A DNA stretch of 64,000 nucleotides from the NCBI GenBank assembly GCA_965202585.1, contig OZ241829.1, forward strand, positions 63,240,001 through 63,304,000, read 5' to 3'. The first letter of the stretch is position 1. Every line of letters begins with the position of its first letter. The notes under the pieces were generated by a model. The model was not told where the DNA came from. It ran no database searches and was given only the letters and a program-made list of their open reading frames with translations. Positions 61,855 to 64,000 of the stretch are shown in pieces. Origin of the DNA: Thalia democratica (lineage: Eukaryota). The translations under genes were made by a program, and so were the position numbers.

Positions 61855-63626
61855 TAGTGATGTACCGGACTCACTATCCGGGTCCGGCCGGATATTGCCA
61901 CTTTTGTCTGATATCCGGATCCGGCCGGATTCTAATTTGAAAAAAAAATCCGGATCCGGTTCCGGCCGGACTCTAATTTGAAAAAAAAATCCGGATCCGG
62001 TTCCGGCCGGATTCTAATTTGAAAAAAAAGTCCGGATCCGGGTCCGGCCGGATCCTAACAGAGATCCGGCCGGACCCGGATCTTGTTAGTATAAAAGAGC
62101 ATACTGAAAAGTATGTTTTCAAAAACAAACCCTGTGTAAATTAATAAGAGTCATTTTTGTCAGTTAAAATTAAACACCTACCGTGATTGGCTCATTTTGT
62201 ACACGTGACTAATTTACATTTGTATACATTTAAACTATGAAATAAACATTTCAGAAATGCAACTCTTTATATATGTTGTAAAATTGAAAACTTTGGAATG
62301 AATACTTGCATTATTTATTGTTTAAATTTGAGCTCAGAGAATATTTAGAGTAAATACGGTTGAATGTACGAGCTAATGAGAATCATATGACGAAATGTTT
62401 CAAACTATATACTGATGCAACAAAACATCAGAACATGACAGGCAGATTATATGTAAGCAGTTAGTTAGTTTGCTTTGCAGCTTGAAGCAACAAAATATCT
62501 TGAACTTTTTTGTGAATGCTTATTGTAAGTAGTGTTTTGTTTTAAAAGTGAATATTTCAACTGGTGTTTAATTGTATAAATATTTAAGCCAGGTTTATAG
62601 TTTAATAGTTATTTAAAAATTTTACAGTTTTATTTAATTTTTAGTTTATTGTTTTAAGTCTTTTGATATAGACTTAAATAGCTTCCAGTTTTTAAAGTGT
62701 TACCAAATTAATTAATAGTTTTGTATATGCTAGTATTTCTTGTTGTGTTTTATATAAAAGATTTATCACTCAAAACTGTCGTGTCTGATTATAGAAAATA
62801 GTCTCAGTTAGAATTTAGAATTTTTTAGATATTAATTAAATAAGGTAAGATTTAGTTATGATGGGTAGTACTAATAAGTTAAGTGTACCACAATCAGTCC
62901 ACAACTTTACTACCAAATTGTCAACCTTTGCTAGCTGTTCTACTGATTATTAGGTTAAAGTATTTTTTTCAGTTTTTAAAAACCTCATTCTGACTCAGGC
63001 TGGTTTATACTCACTCTAGCTAGTTTTGTTGACTTAAACAGTAGCAACACTGCTAGTTTAAAAATTTTTGGGAATTTTAGAAAATCTTGGACTGCCTAAG
63101 GCTAGTTTAGTCTTTTATAAAACTCAGGCTAGTTTTCTTTTAGATTTTGAATGAGCTTGAGCTGATCCAGTTTTCAATATTTTGTAATTTTCTAGTGTAT
63201 TTTGTTCAAGAACTTGATTTCAGATTTTTAATTGTAAATAACACCTAAATTTGTAAACCTTGTGGCTAGCTGTTCTACTTATTATTAGATTAAAGTTCTT
63301 TTTTTTTTCAGTTTTTAAAAACCTCATTCTGGCTCAGGCTAGTTTATAGTCTAGTGATGTACCCGGACTCACTATCCGGGTCCGGGTGCGGCCGGATATT
63401 GCCATTTTTGTCTGATATCCGGATCCGGCCGGATTCTAATTTGAAAAAAAAGTCTGGATCCGGTTCCGGCCGGATTCTAATTTGAAAAAAAAGTCCGGAT
63501 CCGGTTCCGGCCGGATTCTAGTTTGAAAAAAAAGTCCGGATCCGGTTCCGGCCGGATTCTAATTTGAAAAAAAAGTCCGGATCCGGGTCCGGCCGGACCC
63601 GAAATTGTGGGTCCGGTACATCACTA
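61855..63626. mobile_element. Non-autonomous hAT element, 1,772 bp, composite
   Basis: Perfect 16-bp TIR TAGTGATGTACCGGAC / GTCCGGTACATCACTA, 8-bp TSD GTTTTAGC (61847-61854 / 63627-63634) and ~42-bp CCGG-rich subterminal tandem repeats. Confidence 0.95.
63352..63626. mobile_element. Internal complete 275-bp hAT MITE forming the right end of the composite
   Basis: Second left end TAGTGATGTACCCGGACTCACTATCCGGG at 63352. No TSD of its own (TTATAGTC vs GTTTTAGC). Confidence 0.88.
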
Positions 63627-64000
63627 GTTTTAGCTCACTCGAAAGAGAACTGACGCCAGATTATGAAAGCTTGTCTGATGATAGTGAGTTTTTTCTCACC
63701 AAAAGTCCTGGTATTGAAAGCCACTTTCAACAAGATACTGAAATCTGTAGCTCAGTAAAATCGTCCAACAGCAAAACATCTAAGAAGACTTTTGAAGTTA
63801 TCAATGAACGAAAGATAAAATCTAAATCTAAAAAGTTTAGATGCTTTAGATCAAATCGAGTTTCTCCCGACCAGATGAAACCAGAAGTAAAAACTAGATC
63901 AAAGGCGAAGAGGCTAGCATCGAGCTTTGCTAAAGGTTTGAGAAATTCATTCAACAATGTAAGGAAAGCTTATAAAAGCAGAAGACGATTAAATTTGATG

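Larger units (their letters stand above)
43881..64000. repeat. Segmental tandem-array unit, copy A' (runs off right end; carries PLE pair and hAT insertion)
   Basis: Near letter-for-letter match to 1-2650 over its first ~2.6 kb. It shares the (GTT)n-containing block with copy A. Confidence 0.93.
61249..64000 (+). pseudogene. Orphan gene 'C', copy A', interrupted by an hAT insertion (runs off window)
   Basis: The frame is stopped by the TAG that begins the TIR (61855-61857). It resumes after 63627 and is open to the window end. Confidence 0.88.

Noticed and set aside
61915-63600. Regular ~42-bp repeats as a CRISPR array
   Set aside because: Units are identical tandem copies without unique spacers, lie inside hAT termini, and the context is eukaryotic with no cas genes.
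61401-63957. Antisense ORFs 61401-61826, 63727-63957, 37895-38179 and the 61799-61981 read-in ORF
   Set aside because: Shadows of gene C or a chance read-through into the hAT terminus. Not conserved across copies.

Overview
AT-rich eukaryotic DNA, probably from an invertebrate animal. The window is a tandem segmental array of a ~17-kb multi-gene cassette in three copies: A (1-17.3k), B (17.4-43.3k) and A' (43.9k-end). A and A' are far closer to each other than to B, suggesting a ~43.9-kb higher-order AB repeat with mosaic patches. Each cassette carries several genes that the ORF track mostly misses because they are spliced. On the minus strand these are a six-exon signal peptide-LRRNT-LRR-LRRCT-Ig gene (378 aa), a three-exon orphan, weak candidate exons and a three-exon single-pass membrane protein gene. 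On the plus strand there is a ~336-aa acidic/basic orphan. Different copies carry different lesions. Copy-specific insertions are: a 7.55-kb Ty3/Gypsy (CsRn1-like) LTR element whose first ORF starts inside the LTR; a decayed hAT transposase with a ~400-bp duplication; a 730-bp Tc1/mariner-type MITE; a composite hAT non-autonomous element; and a head-to-head pair of Penelope-like elements inside one 14-bp TSD. Each Penelope arm carries a minimal hammerhead ribozyme with a U3-A8 core covariation, and the full-length arm starts at the predicted cleavage site. All alignments and splice models were read by eye.
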